Source of the DNA: Tubiluchus corallicola
Taxonomy: Eukaryota; Animalia; Priapulida
DNA length: 64,000 nt
NCBI GenBank assembly: GCA_030141605.1
Contig: JAQGDQ010000042.1
Location: 1-64,000, forward strand
Reading direction: 5' to 3'
The position numbers were made by a program, and so were the translations under genes. How positions within the stretch are numbered: position 1 is the stretch's first letter; every line of letters begins with the position of its first letter. The notes under the pieces are model-generated. The model did not search any database. It was not told the DNA's origin and worked only from the letters and a program-made list of their open reading frames with translations. Below are positions 1 to 14,300 of the stretch, one piece after another.

Positions 1-113
1 AAGGCAAAATATGTATTCGCGTAAGTGAGAGGGAGAGAGAGATCACATCGAAGAATATGACGGTAAGATAACGTTTTTATGTGTAAAGGCAAAATATGTA
101 TGCGCGTAAGTGA

Positions 114-203
<90 letters not shown>
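1..203. repeat. ~85-bp tandem unit whose second copy ends in an expanded (GA)n microsatellite
   Basis: aaggcaaaatatgtat.cgcgtaagtgagagggagagaga occurs at 1 and ~86; the second copy runs into ~40 GA units ending near 203. Confidence 0.85.
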
Positions 204-206
<3 letters not shown>

Positions 207-899
207 TCATCAAACTTTTTAAAAAAGATTTTGACTGCCTTCCAAGTAACCTTTCATCAACATTCAGTCAGACTTATCATTTCACGGTAGACTCATTCAT
301 TTTCGTAGCTGAGATTGTTTGAGCATGCGTATTCAGAAGCCGCTGCGCCAGCGACATGGTTTCTTCAACAGAATATTGTTGAAAAACGTGCGCTTACACC
401 ACATGTGACCAAATCGCAAATGTATAGCCACGAAACGATCGAAAGATTCTTTAGTTAACCAGAGGAGTCTTTTGTAAACGGTGTGTCACATGTAGGTTTA
501 AGTTAACCTGGGAAAATCAGTGAAGTCTTGAAAGTTTTGTGTAAACTTCCACATCGTAACGTAGAAAATTCGACATAGTTTGTTTCATCGCAACTTACAG
601 GAGTTGGTAAGACTACCACAATTTTTTAAATTAAATTATCGTATTTTGTTATCACCTTTTATATGTGGGCTATATGACGTGAAAAAAGTGTTTTATGAAA
701 ATATTTTTTTCTTGCTGTAACCTGTAAGTTAATAGAAAATGCGAACCTATTTTAGTTTTTCTTATTTTTATTCATAGAAATAGTAAATCATGCAACACCA
801 TGTTACAAATAAATTCCATGAATAAATTTCGAGTTTAAAATATTATATTTAATGAAAAGAAAAAGTCCACCAGACGAACTCTCTTGCGAAGATTAACAA

Positions 900-1190
900 G
901 ACTTACAAGATTAAGATATTAGCTATCTGTCAAAATAGCAATACATCGATAAATCAAAACCAATAAGTTTCCTGAAAAAGGCTTTAAACATTGAACAGCT
1001 TGCAATTTCCGGTAGTAAAGTGTTCCATATAGGTACAGCGAAAAGCAGAATTTGTGTATATTCAGTTTGGAAAATCTTGTTAAAAGCTCAAAACTATGTT
1101 CTTTTAATCCCGGACGTGGTGCAAAGGGAAAAAAGTCAGCAAAATTCAAGCCAACAAAGTGATTACACATTTTATTCGTCATCTTCAAGT
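900..1190 (-). mobile_element. Decayed 3' end of a CR1-like LINE
   Basis: Minus strand reads FADFF..APRPGLKEHSFELLTRFSKLNIHKFCFS, resembling the CR1 ORF2 C-terminal RGH..KL....R...RK.FFS pattern. Confidence 0.45.
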
Positions 1191-4100
1191 CGAAAATAAT
1201 GCTTCATTCTTCCATTGACTGGATATTTAAAAATCTTAATCTATCCCTATCCGTCATCTATAGCTCACGTCAAATTACAATGAATAAATAAACGTTTAGA
1301 AATATAACGTTACGCATTCTCAGTGAGATCAATCAGCGCCTTTTGGTAAGGACTCCAGACTGATTCTAAGGTACATTTGCTGTGATGCATGAGTATTTGT
1401 ATAAATTACGATCGCCGGTTGTTTAACACAATTTGCACCGAAATAATGTTGCCCACCAACGATCACAACATATTTTGACATATCGGAAACCAATTACAAG
1501 TTAATTTTTTCTAATTCGGCGAAAATGTGTTTTAAAAAACCTTTACGAGATGGCAAATCTGACCGGCAGCCATTGGCTGACTCAACTCAAAATGAGTCGT
1601 CTTTGTGACTTGGCTTAAACGTAGTTTTATTGAAACTGTAACATCAGACAAACTAGGTTTGAAACAGTGATTTGATCGGATTTCCTGTCTAAACCCACTT
1701 GAATGGATTTCCTGTTTAAACGCATTTAAAACCTTCAACATGTTTTTCAAGAGAAGTTTTCGCAGTTCATTTTTAAGAAAAAGAACAAAGGACAATCACG
1801 TGATATATTATGAAGTCGGCTTTGGAGTGTTGCTTGCTTAATGGTTCTTTTATTCCAGTGGCCATGGGATAGAATTTGTGTATTCGCGCCGTTAGTGGAG
1901 CAACAATAACCCCAACGTAAGGTGCAAAACATAATCCATAATCCGTCGCCCATGTTCCATAAGGCGTATATCATAATCCACGATATACTCCTTATTCTGC
2001 GTAATTAGTAAAGCGTTTTGCCATAATCCATTTCGGCATGGACGATTATAATTGCAATATTACTGAAACGTCGTGCTTAGAAATTGCTTTTTCATGTTTG
2101 TGAGACCATTCTGAATGAATTCTTCTGATATAAATAAACTGCGCACTGTAAAAACCACAAACATGCTAATTATCGCATTAGCCATGATCCAAAACGCTTT
2201 ATGGCAAATGAAATTAATGGCCAAATTCATCTCGCAATAAGGCGCCTTATGAACCGCTCAAAACGACTTGAGGAACCTACCGTAGATTCCAACTGACGGC
2301 TTACGATAGGCAATCCGCAGTAGGTGCACGATGGCAAATGGAATATCTGTATGACAAAGACCATTAGTTAGCATGCGTTTATTTTTCATGAAGCGGCATT
2401 TTTTCCTCATGACTTACGCTTACGGATTATGTTCAACTCTGTGGAACACGGGTCTTATACTTAAACTTTCTCCAAGAATCAGTAAATATAAGGAACTTTA
2501 TCATTTATGATACCTCATTCGTTTTAACCATAAAATGTCCTGTGCTACATGACGAGCAACGACTCTGGAGAAAGTCCAGGGCATTTTGTTGTTTTTCCTG
2601 ATTTTTTGCGGCAGAAGCCAAATATCTGGTAAATGTCGAGGAACGAACACCCAAGACCTGCGGCGTTTCTCGTAATGCGGGTCCCACCAGAGCAAAAACA
2701 GATGCGAAAACACAGAGAGAATAAATAAATTTTAGGTTCACGTCTCTTTATTTTAAATATCAGTTGAAAGTAAACTTGCCATAATGGCTTTAGGCAAATA
2801 AAATGTATAGTAGAACTAAGGCAAAAGAAAATGTCAGGTTCAACTCAGATAACTAATTCCTCGGAGCTTTATTGAAAGCAAAATAAATAGTTTTTTAAAT
2901 GTAGAAATACATTTTTGCGTTGCAGGAATTAATTTGGACAAAGAATTAAGAAGCCGTGATAACCGAAAAACGGTCGAGCTTGTTAATTTATCTATCTGGA
3001 CGAAATAATAATAGAAAAAAAACCTAGATGGAAAATAAATCACTTAGTTATTAAAATAGTCAAGTAAACAATTTGGTATTATTAAGGAACAGTGTTTAGA
3101 AGAATTTTTCGTATTTGCTCTTTAAATATTTAAAGCTGCTGATTTGAATTTGTCTAAAAATTTGTCTTCGTTCTTGATTAGGGGAGGTCCTCGGTCAGTT
3201 ATAGGAGGACCTTTTGTTATTTTAGTTATTGAAAGTGAAAAGAGGTTTTTACGTTTTCTTTTGTTGTGTGAAATTATGATCAACAAGGTGTCGTAGTAGT
3301 CCGTTTTATTGCAGCTAAATAACCGGACAAAATTGGTAAATCAGAAGCTTAATTTTCCTCTAAAATTGCCACACAATTGATCTTACCAACCAATAACTTT
3401 TTGTATGCGAAATTTGCCTTGTACTAAAGTACGAAAGTAATCTTGCAAAAGATAGGATGAAAGTAATTTCTAGACGCACAAATCTATTCCCAAACCTATT
3501 CCCTAAGCTGGAATGGCCGTAAAACCAATGCCATTAGTCTCTGTCACCAATCGTTTTGCATTGTGACATGTATCCTGCATAATTCACACATGTCAGCTAT
3601 GTTAAGAATTACAATGAACACAATAATCGTACGAAAATCAAATCACGTCGTTTAAACAGCAATGTGCTTTTCCAGTCGACGCATAGAACGTTCCTAGGAC
3701 TTCACTTACAGCACATTCCTAGTAAAAGGTAGCGAAGTAATCATGTGTGATTTATTTACTTGGATCTCATTCGAGTTTCTTACCCATGCAGTATGCTGAT
3801 GATTATACATGGGTAGCAACTAGCATTGGTGAAATTGAGGTTCTAAAACAACATGCAACCAGCCGTCTGTGAAACTCAAACAATGACGCTTAAACAAAAC
3901 AATGCGCAATACAACGAGATTTGGATACGTCTTGGAAGAATTGACGTCTAACATAATGTCAATCATTTTCGTTGACTGCCCAATCAGCGTGCAAGTTATT
4001 TCGCATCCCTGCAGAGTTTAATTAATAAAGCAGGTATGTTCGGGACATTTAGCTACAGCTGCGTCTAATACTGTTATGAAAAATTAGTTATTTCATTAGT

Positions 4101-5199
4101 TAGCGGGATATTGGCCTGGCTCTAGGTTTTATGATTGTCAATTGAAATTGCAAGTGAATTAGCGGAAGTATATAGTTTTGTTTCGTTTATAGGAAGAAAT
4201 GGACAACGCTTATGTCTATGAATAGCTGATTAAACCATTTCGCAATCAAGAAAACACGCAGTTTAGTTTAGTTTATGGTTTTGCAAATTCGACAAAAACA
4301 ACTATTTGATTAACTTTAATTAAGAACAAAACAAAATGTTTTCTTTTCTGGCCAGTTTTTATAAACCTTAATGAGATCAAAATTAATTCAAATGTGGTCA
4401 AAACTTATATTATACATCAATGTAATTTTACACTATTTTTCTGGTTATAGGGACTTATGTGACTCGGGCATTCAATATAAGGGTCGTCTATGGATCGGAA
4501 CTATCAAATTTATTCCATTTCCGTAGCTTGACAAACGGAAAAATAGAAAAACTAAATAAATCTTGCAGACGAGCACATGGTCAGTTAATATAGAAAAATA
4601 CATCGCAGGCATGATGTTTGTGCCTTAATGTTTCGCGCGTAGAGACTTTATATTTTTGTTGCTCATTTATTGTAAAGCAAACTGGGTTAGTTTCTTTATT
4701 ATACTTATGTCTCTGTATTTTGTGGTGGTTTGAAACTTCGTCTTTACATTCTGTTTAAATTGAAAAGTCTTTTTTGGCTACCTGAAGAGTTAATTTCGTG
4801 TAAAAATAGCTGCTACTCTCCAAATTTGTGTTTGTGAAAAAGTGCAATAAGTTTATCTGCTGATTAGACATTAGTTGTGACTGTCATGATGTTTAGTTTA
4901 GTTTAGTTTAGCTTGGACAGTTGTTGTCCTGCGTGAGCTGTTGTCCCGAATGCTGCTGAGCGTGCTTACGTTATAGCGGGGGCGGAGCGATAGACCAATA
5001 CGTTTGACGTCAATTGTAAACTTGAAAGTTTACTAGGCACTGAAGCTGACATACCACGCATTAAAATATTGGCTTTGGCTGCATATTCTAAGCTCACAAA
5101 CATTTTATAAAATCCGAGTCTTAGCTTAGAAACTAACTATATATTCTGTTATCACGTGTAGAACCTGTGTACTTCTATAATTCTGTATTGTGGACAGTC

Positions 5200-5480
5200 A
5201 AAGTTACCCAGAAGAATGAAATCAATGCTTTCCAAAGACGTCTGTACAGAAGGATTTAACAAAGGAGAAGGAATGGAGTGAGGTCATACAAAAGCGTCGA
5301 CTTAGATGGATTGGACACGTCATCAGATTACCACAGGATTCTCCACTTACTAGCATTACATAAAATAATAATACCCGGGGAGAAACAAAGAGGAGGGCAG
5401 CAGCGTGAATACTTCGCACGTGGCAGCAGGTCGGGGAACATGGCATCAAATTATGAGCGGTGCTGTGATGCATAAAGGAA
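5200..5480 (+). mobile_element. Decayed RTE-clade LINE C-terminal fragment
   Basis: Plus strand reads EWSEVIQKRRLRWIGHVIRLPQDSP, matching the RTE RRLRW.GHV.R motif; stops nearby. Confidence 0.6.
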
Positions 5481-8400
5481 GCATCTAAGATGAGATATTT
5501 ATTATACACAATGTAAATTATGTAGTTAAGTATGTCTTCTTTAAATTTGATTGGTATTAATGTTTTAGGTTTCAATTGAAAAGCATAATTGTAAAAATTA
5601 ACTTTACTCTTTGCTTTACTTTACCTTACTTTAGCTTTTCGACTCTGCATAAAACGGTAAACACTTTTAACCTTGAAATTTAGCGGATTTAACGATCTGT
5701 TGAATTCTGACAGAAATTCGTCAGGTTGATCAGGTCTGAAGGATTAAATCGTTTCACATCGTTTACTGAGTAATGTAATTTAATAAACTACTCCAAAATT
5801 AAATACGCATTTACTGATACTAATTGATTTCAAAAATCAGAAACAACCTAATTCCTAGACGGGAATTAATTTTGCTGGTCATTTACATTGGTCAAGTCTT
5901 CGAGTGAGAATGAAGAACAGCCCCGGGTATGTTATTCAGGATATAGGCGTCTCAATTCCCAAATCCAGTTTAATTTCGTGCTTTCCGAATTCGGGATCAA
6001 GGTTTGTCTTTTACGCCAAGATCGGAATTGTAAAATGAAAATTATTCGTCATGCACTCGTATTAGGCGCAACATTTACAATGTAAGCTTTTGGCAGGTTA
6101 AAATTCATTAACATACTGTTTTTAAAAAAACTTCGATTGGTGATTTCGAATAGCAGTATTATGTTATTAGGGTTATACAATAGGTAATATATAATAAGTA
6201 AAACTAAAAAAGATTGGTAAACATTTGGGTTTGACCTAGATTAGCTTGAAAGACGTGAAAGTCAACATTAGATCACACCAATTAGTGAAGCTGCGTGACG
6301 TCACAGACGACTACTGTGTTTTTTACTGTGTACTAATCTCGAAATCCCGCGATAACAGCAGTTGTGGGGTCCCGGGACTGACTGTGGCCATTTTGGGAAT
6401 TGAAAAATAAGTCCTGAGTACCAGGGTTCCATGAATCGCGATCGCGGATTTGAGACCTCTAAAAAGGGTATTTACCGACCAATACTTCTAATTTCGTTAC
6501 TCGACTCTGTTATTTTATCAAAATGTCTCAGTATCTGTACCGTGTATGTTTATTTCACAAATTGCGAATTGTGACTTTTGAGAGCACCTTAACCTTCAGT
6601 TTTAAGCTTTCATTGCTTTAATTAGAGGAACCCATGTGAAAAAGATGCTAACAATTATTTACGAGTCGTGCAGTTCTATATTAAGCAAACTTTAAAAGAG
6701 CTGTTAACCGAAAGGTTGCAGCCAGGCTAGATGAGATTACCAGCAGCGCACTGAAATTACTTGTTATAAATCTGGATGATTAAATTCTTTGTTTTGCGGA
6801 ACGAAAAGTCTGCAAGATAAGGTGGACTGTTTATTTGCTAGGCGCATGGTCATGTTTACATTGTACACAGCCGCCTTTCTAGTTTGGTTCAACGTTTTTA
6901 CAAAATTACCATTCTATTACCACCTTCATTGCCATTTTTCTTTCCGGAATCATCGTGGCTTCATCATGTACTTTTACTGCTTCTGCAAACCGATACAATA
7001 TTACGTTAGTTCACTGAAGCGTAAGTGAAAATTTAGGCTAATTTCGCAAATAATCATTTTGCAAATTTTGCAAGAACAGCACTATTTAGTCTACAGTAAC
7101 ATGTGACAAATCTCAGAAGCGCTGTTACAGGCGTAATTCTGAATGTTTGCAGTTTATTGTTCTATGATTATATTATTCACGACTATTTTGCATAACAACA
7201 CCTTGTGGAAGAATATGTGCAGAGATCTTAATTTGTGGAACTCCGTGAGCAATTTGGAAATATAGGTAAAATACGACTGTCATATTTCCAAAGCGCCCAC
7301 AATTCTTTGTTGACACGAAAATGTAAATGTTCTAGAAGAGCAGTCAAGCTATTACAAAATTCAACTCAGCATTCAAACAGTGATTTGTTGAGCAAATTAT
7401 TTTGCTTTAGAAGACTTCAAAATTTTTTATATTTTCAATAACCCTTTAATGCGCAGTATGGCTGGTTAAGGTGTAAAAAATTTGCACAAGCAATTTTCTC
7501 GTGAGAGATTCTGTTTAGATAGCTAAATAGTAACCATGTTTTGTATGAATTAAGTGTACGAATTCTCAATTAACCTAAGAAAGAAGCTAATAAAGGCTTA
7601 TCATCGTCATCATCTATTCTATTTGATTTTATTTTATTTTATTTTATTTTATTCTGTTCTATTCCATTCTATACTGTTCTCTGAACCAACATCCTAAAGA
7701 AATGATCTAGAAAACACCATAAAAATCGACAATATGACTTTCCGATAATAATTGTATAAACAATAAAATCATAGTTACAGTTGTATTTCTGTGCCTGATG
7801 ATTGACATCTAGGACGCGCAAATTGAAAGACTTCAGTGAAAGTTGTTGACCATGGACACTGTCTTGATTTACACGACATTTACGAGTTGAAGTAGGCTTA
7901 TCTCTCTGTTGAGATAAGAAAGAATCTTTTGAAAATTTCTCAAACACTTCCATCACCAAACCGTCACTTTAAAGACAAACTCAATAAAGCAGTGGATGGC
8001 AATAAATCCTGTCGTCAGCGCCCAAAGACAAGTCAATAAAGAGAAGTAAAAGTGCTGATAGTTTGAGATAATTATGTGGTGCTGCTGTTGTTTAATACAA
8101 GTACAATAGATAGCCTTAATAAAAGATTTTTAAACTGCATAAAATTGTTAATCATGTGCACTTTTTATAAATTTTTTGGTAGTATAATCTGATTGTTTAA
8201 CAAACATTTAGTTCAATGATTGTAAAATATACAAATTATGCACGTGGTAGTCCTCCAATTGGCTGGTAATGTGTACCGCTAGAGGCCTATTCTTTATTTT
8301 GGCTAAGCTTTGCTGCATACTTTGTACGTATAATAGTGTATTCTTTATCTTACTGCTTATAGTGTTTTTGCATATCCATCAGTGTACATATAGTGTATTA

Positions 8401-8550
8401 ATAGGTAGACATGCGTATAGATAAACACAGCTTTTATGGTAACAGAATCGAAGTGGAGTTATCGGTTTAGCCTGTTTAAAGCGCTTAGGCTTTAAATGAA
8501 GATTTTAAATTTACAAGGAGAGTGTGGTAGCCAGGTGATATCAACTATTA

Positions 8551-8746
8551 AGTGGCGTTTGGAATGCGTATGCGTTATACAGATGCGGAATAAATAAAAT
8601 CGGTTTATGTTGTTTTCAATGCACCCGTTTATCAGACCTGCGTTATGCGCTATTTTTTTGCAGGAATTTCCTATTGATTTTTTATACGCAGCTATTCCGA
8701 AGGTGGATAACGCATAACGCATTCCGGATGCCAGGTAAAGGCCACT
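8551..8746 (+). mobile_element. PIF/Harbinger-like MITE, copy A
   Basis: Termini AGTGG...CCACT flanked by TTA on both sides; interior (aatcggtttatgttgttttcaatgcacccgttta...) matches the reverse complement of 44262-44486. Confidence 0.6.
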
Positions 8747-9749
8747 TTAACGAGACTATCCTAAGTGTCTCCAAAGTTTTTAGAGTTTATTTAAAGACGA
8801 GTTATTGTGAACACGTTCATGTCGATAAATCACGATTCAGTAATCACATTCATTGTCTGGCTTCTCATCAAACACATTTGTCACGAAGTCTGAGTGTGTC
8901 AACTGTTGCAGAGTCCGTAATCATTCATTGTAATAAAGACATGTAATAATAAAAGTGACATTAACAGAATTAGTAAATCGTCCCATAAAGTAGAAGTATT
9001 GTATGAGAAATATTACATAGACAGGTGTGGTAAACTTGCCAGGAAATAATGTGTGCTTGAGTTAATTTTAATGTAAAATGGGAATAAGCTTAAACAACTG
9101 CAGATTCAACAACTTAGCAATGTTGGAAAAATGCATCCCTACGTAGCAAAATATAAGTCTTTGGACTACGTGTGATTAAAGTTACATAGCGACTACGTAA
9201 AAATCTCTGTAATGTTTATTATTTGGCTTGTTGTCAGCTGCAGAACAGAATTTGTACTTTACTGTGACCTACGCCTACTGAATCTTGCCGCATTAAACTT
9301 AATCCGTAAATATACTAATTTAGCTTGTCGTTTTCGTTCTGGGTAGACAATTAATGATGCGCTCGCTGTATAGAAGCCCCGTAATTATATTACCCTAACA
9401 TTAACCTACATCACACAGTACAAAACTGACGCGTCGTTGCTGCATGGTTTCTTGACAAGGATTCTTTCTCTGTGACAAATAGCTAAATTAGGTAACAAGA
9501 AGAATGCTATATTTGTTACGACATGCTTATTCAAATAAGGAGTCGCTTCTTTACCTATCAGGTGCCTCAGTCTCTCACTCTAAGAAAAGTTCCCGCACGC
9601 CTCTGCATTTAGCTACAGTCGGCTACATATGTCCGGCCTTAAGCTAACAATTTGTGCTGGTACTGAGTCAAGCGCCGCTGGGATCACTTTTCAATTCATT
9701 TCATTTCAAATTTATTTGTCTCGTACAATTCAACAGAAAATTTGTTTAA

Positions 9750-10350
9750 AGCAAAACAGGACTCAATCTTAAACTGTAGGGCAAAACAATCTACTCTTTA
9801 AAATATTGAAAGGAAACATACTATTTTTTCAAAAATGACTTACGTGAAAGAATTATTACCACACAAACACAATTTCAAGTTTGGGCCGCTAGTTCTTCGC
9901 TGTTACATGCATTTCGCCATTTGCTAGTTAGACGGGCACTGGCGCTTGCATTTCGGAAACGCATTGCACGAAAAACAGGTGCTGTACCTCTCAGTTTAGA
10001 TGTGTTAGTTTGTGACGAACTACACAGGTTCAACAGCTTATGCGTGAGCACAGCGTGAATTTTTATCTTAAAACTTGTGTAATTTTAGTACAACGCACTG
10101 AATATGTTACAGTAGCACAGTATTTCAGTTTTCGCTTTCGCAAATACCTGCAATACGCTCTTTGAATGTGTTTGTTATTGAAAATTATGTTTGATGCCAT
10201 GAATAAGTGAGCTCACCTGCCGTTAATTAAGTTTTTAATCTATAATTTAATTATCAGAAACGCTTTTGTAGTATTAATTGTGTTAAAATGCATGTTTTTA
10301 CCGGTTTTGAAAATGTGGTAGTACATTATGAAAAATCATAATGTCAACCT
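9750..10350 (+). mobile_element. Kolobok-like non-autonomous DNA transposon, copy 1
   Basis: TTAA at 9746-9749 and 10351-10354; AG...CT termini; ~600 bp homologous to 19585-20875 and 34463-35073. Confidence 0.75.
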
Positions 10351-11224
10351 TTAAATATGGTTAGATCGCCTTAGAAAATAAACAGAAAGAGGCGGGGCGG
10401 TGAAAGACCATTGGAGAGAGACTTTTGATTAGAAGATACATTTTCTCATAAGGAAATTATTCAACTATTCAAGAAAAAATATTATAAGTAAGGATTAAAA
10501 ATAAACATTAAGTACTATCAACTGTTGTTCGTCATAAGATTCTTCCTAGTAATACACTGTTTTGGCAAACTCTTCTTACCATTCCCAAATAAAATAAAAA
10601 AATGTCCATTTTCGGTTGATTCATTGGCGTGTTTGTGCTGACTACCAAGGGGCTTAGAACATTAACGTTGTCTGCCGGGCAACAAACCCAATTATAGCCG
10701 GTTATATGATAGACCAACCTTTTCGGGATTATAAAATTAATGTAGGTCAGGCTACTAGATTCTTTAACTTTTTTGTTGGAGAGAAAATAACAAGAACAAT
10801 TACTTTTGGTTTATCTCGAATAATCGTAAATTCTTAGAACTTGGAAGTTGAATTGAAGAACTAATGTGCTTGAATCCGCATGTCCTATTTGTTCATTTTT
10901 TGAGAGTTAATGATTTTCATAAGATAATCACGGGTAGAGCTTACCATTGTTTGAAAGCCGTTTCTTTGTAAAAATCATACTACGCATTACTTGGACACCT
11001 TAATTTATTCATTAGATGAAAGAAACCACGTAATGTAACAATGTATAGGGCAGCTTAGTTTAAAAGGCCGGATCCATTTCATGGATGTATTTAAGGCTCA
11101 TTTTAGGAAAGTAGAAAAAGGACTCCGTTACGGTCTGGGTAATGGTACGTAGTGTCTTCAAACATATTTTCAACGTTCTAAGATGAAAACTGTCACGTGA
11201 TAGCTTTCAAAGATAAATGTGACA

Positions 11225-11355
11225 TTACTACCGAAACTGCCACTACCACCGCCAACAACAACAGCAACAGCAACAACAACAGCGACAACAACAAGCAACA
11301 GAAACAGCAGCAGCAACAACAAGAACAAGAACAACAACAGCAACAACTGCCACAG
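11225..11355. repeat. Degenerate (CAA/CAG)n microsatellite
   Basis: caacaacaacagcaacagcaacaacaac... tract. Confidence 0.85.
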
Positions 11356-14300
11356 CATGACTGAGTTTTAAGAATCCCGCACGTCTTTCCGAAAGCGCAA
11401 CAGTACGCAACTCTGTGACTTATTCAGAACGAACTCTCAATGAACTCTGGTCGCGAGTCCCATGGCGTCTTTTCCTAATTTCTATAACGAAATTCCTAAA
11501 AATGGTTTGTCAATATTAGGTTGAGTTTATTTCATCACTGAGGATATTTGCAAACAGTGAGAGATTGTTTTTAATACCTTGTTTACCGTCGCCATGGGAT
11601 ACGCTGTTTTTCGCATGTCAAGCAGGAATAACTGATGGTTTCGGTTATTGCTGTCAGTCCCGTTCGGAAGGGGTACTGATAAATTATGAAAAAGGTGCTG
11701 ATAAGCTTCATCTGTCTAGCTTTAGTTGAAAATCAGGTTTTATTATACATGTAATTCAGCTATTTTTCGACTATAAATCGTGCTGCTTTCAATAAAAAGT
11801 ATTATGAGCAATACTCGCGCATTATTGATCGTTGATAGGTGCTTGTTGGGATGTTTTACAGTGATGAGGCATACTACACAAGCGAACTCGAATACGTTCA
11901 GCAGAATCGGAAAAGCCTTTAATTTAGTCAATGTTAGACTAAAGAAGGCAGTTTTGATTTTGGGCCGCATCGCAAGATTGGTCATGTGACTGCTTCTATT
12001 GTCAAATCACAATGCACAATTAATGCCAACTTTGATTACGGCTTTTTCTAATATATGTTTTAATGATTCATTTTGCTCACGTAAAATGTACAGTTAATTG
12101 ACTATAATTCTACCTAATTCAAGCTAATACACTATAGGAATGGGTAACCAGAAAAATACCTATAGTCGAAAAGGACACTACCAAAATGTCACATCGAGAA
12201 TAATCAATAATTATAATGTCTTTTATAATTATTATAACGACTACTATAATTATAATTATAATAACTACTACGACTCTCACGTATTACAACGTAATCAGTA
12301 ACTCTGCTGTGGCGAATCTCGCTTTTTGGAAAACTCTTTCCGCACAGACAGTGTGACGTCTTCATTTATCTCTAATTAGAATTACTTAAACGGAAACATT
12401 TTACAAACTTTCTCTTTCGTTTTGCGAGTAGCGGTTGCCTTCACTTGTTTGTGAAATCATTCTCACAGTCATTAAGCACAAACAATTACACTCTTTGGCA
12501 AGCGTTTTATGACTAACAATACAAAAGTGTGGAATGCCATTTGTATTAGTAGTAATAAATGTTCAACAATATTCAAAAAAGCTAAACTTCGTTCTACTAG
12601 TAACTTTAACAGCAATAATGCCAACAAATTTAAACGTATCAATACCACATACCATAAGGCTTCTTACTCACTATGTAATTGCACATGGTACTGTAGGGCC
12701 AAAACACCAGATTTAGTAGAGAGATTGAAATATGCACTAGGATTGATCAATTTATATCTTCGACTTAATTTTCTTTTTGAAATAGGTCGAACAGTGTTTA
12801 AGAAAACTTGATGACCCTACGTGATGTATTAATAGTAAACGAATTATTTTAACGACGTCATTTACCAACAGGACAGTAAATTGGTTTTTGCAAATAAAAA
12901 CACGTCGTTCTTGCATAAACGCAGTTTTGTGTAAATGGCTTTCCGCTATAGTGAAATATGAGATAAAAATTGAACGCAGTGAACCGTCAAACTCATTTGA
13001 ATAACATGGCGGACCGTAACAGAATGCAGGAAAAGTAGTAAATTCAACACTGGGATTAACTCACCGTGAAAAATAGCATTTTATATCCTGAAACAAGATT
13101 AGTTATTGCAATTTTGCTCTGGCACGCCAAGCTATAGTTTCATGAGTAAAAGTGTGTGGTGTCAAATACTTCTGTGCCGAGTACCGGTACGAATAGATCC
13201 GATCCACGCCGAATCGTAAAAGCGGCGACTGTTTTTTATTGCATCACTTGATGAAACTGTTAGCGGGATCGTTTATTCAGAACTCGGGTACTGCGCTAAT
13301 AAATCAAGTTATAGTGATTTAACGCCCAAGTGTACATTTTTCGTAATGTGACGGCGAAGTTTTTCTGCATTTCGCAATTAAAGGCGCTGGCTTTGTACAA
13401 GTCGGCGCCTCACATTTTTCCAGCAATGTTCAATTATACGTCTTTTTGAGGGTAATATAATCTTATTGATTTCGACTTTGCTATTAACGTCTTCAATTCT
13501 GTCTCAATCTTGAATAAAAACGAAACGACTAAACCAAATGACTGTAATAAAGAGGAAGGCTTGGCACTATAATTTTTGCTAGATTTACACTTGTATTGTG
13601 AAAGAAAATTAACGTTTTTTGCTTTTAAAACCATTTATGTGTGAAGCCAACGTTTTTTTAAGAGTATAAAATGTAGTACAAATTAAAAATACAGTTGCCA
13701 GATATATTGTCAAATATCTTCATGTTTGTACTGTTGTTATAGTAGATATTTTAACTAACTATATAGGCGATCGTTAGGCGGAAACAAGTTTAGATAACAT
13801 TGGGTAAAGTTTGAAAAAATGATCAGAGCATGCGTAGAAGACTCTTCGCCAACTAAGCAAAAGTATAAATTGCTTTATATTGTCAACATGAATCAGTAGT
13901 GTGCTTTTGGTGAATCAGTGGCGTCTGTGGCGCCTGGAACGGCAATGCAACGCCGTTTTACCAGGAGGGATGAACATTTTAAATGACTAAGAATTCTTTT
14001 CCAATTTGCTAAGCGTTTCAAACAGGTTTAACGTAGTTAAGTGTAATACTAAGTGCTATAACTTTGCATGGAAAGTTCTTTAGGATATACCTTAAATTTT
14101 CCTTTTCTTCCCCTTTAAATCTTTTGAAAGAACACAAGATGTTTTTCTAAACTAGTAAACCTGACTAACTTGGATAAGTTTCAGTTTAATTAAATAGTTC
14201 ACTTATTTTGCGCTTTTAAATAAGTTACATTTTTCTATTGTGCTCTTTTCTGGCATTGCTACAGAGAAAGGGATTAGAAAAACACGATTGCTGTCACGAT

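Noticed and set aside
2505-2741. 78-aa ORF with a signal-peptide-like N-terminus
   Set aside because: GTG start, hydrophobicity explained by T-rich sequence, and no recognisable domain or splice support
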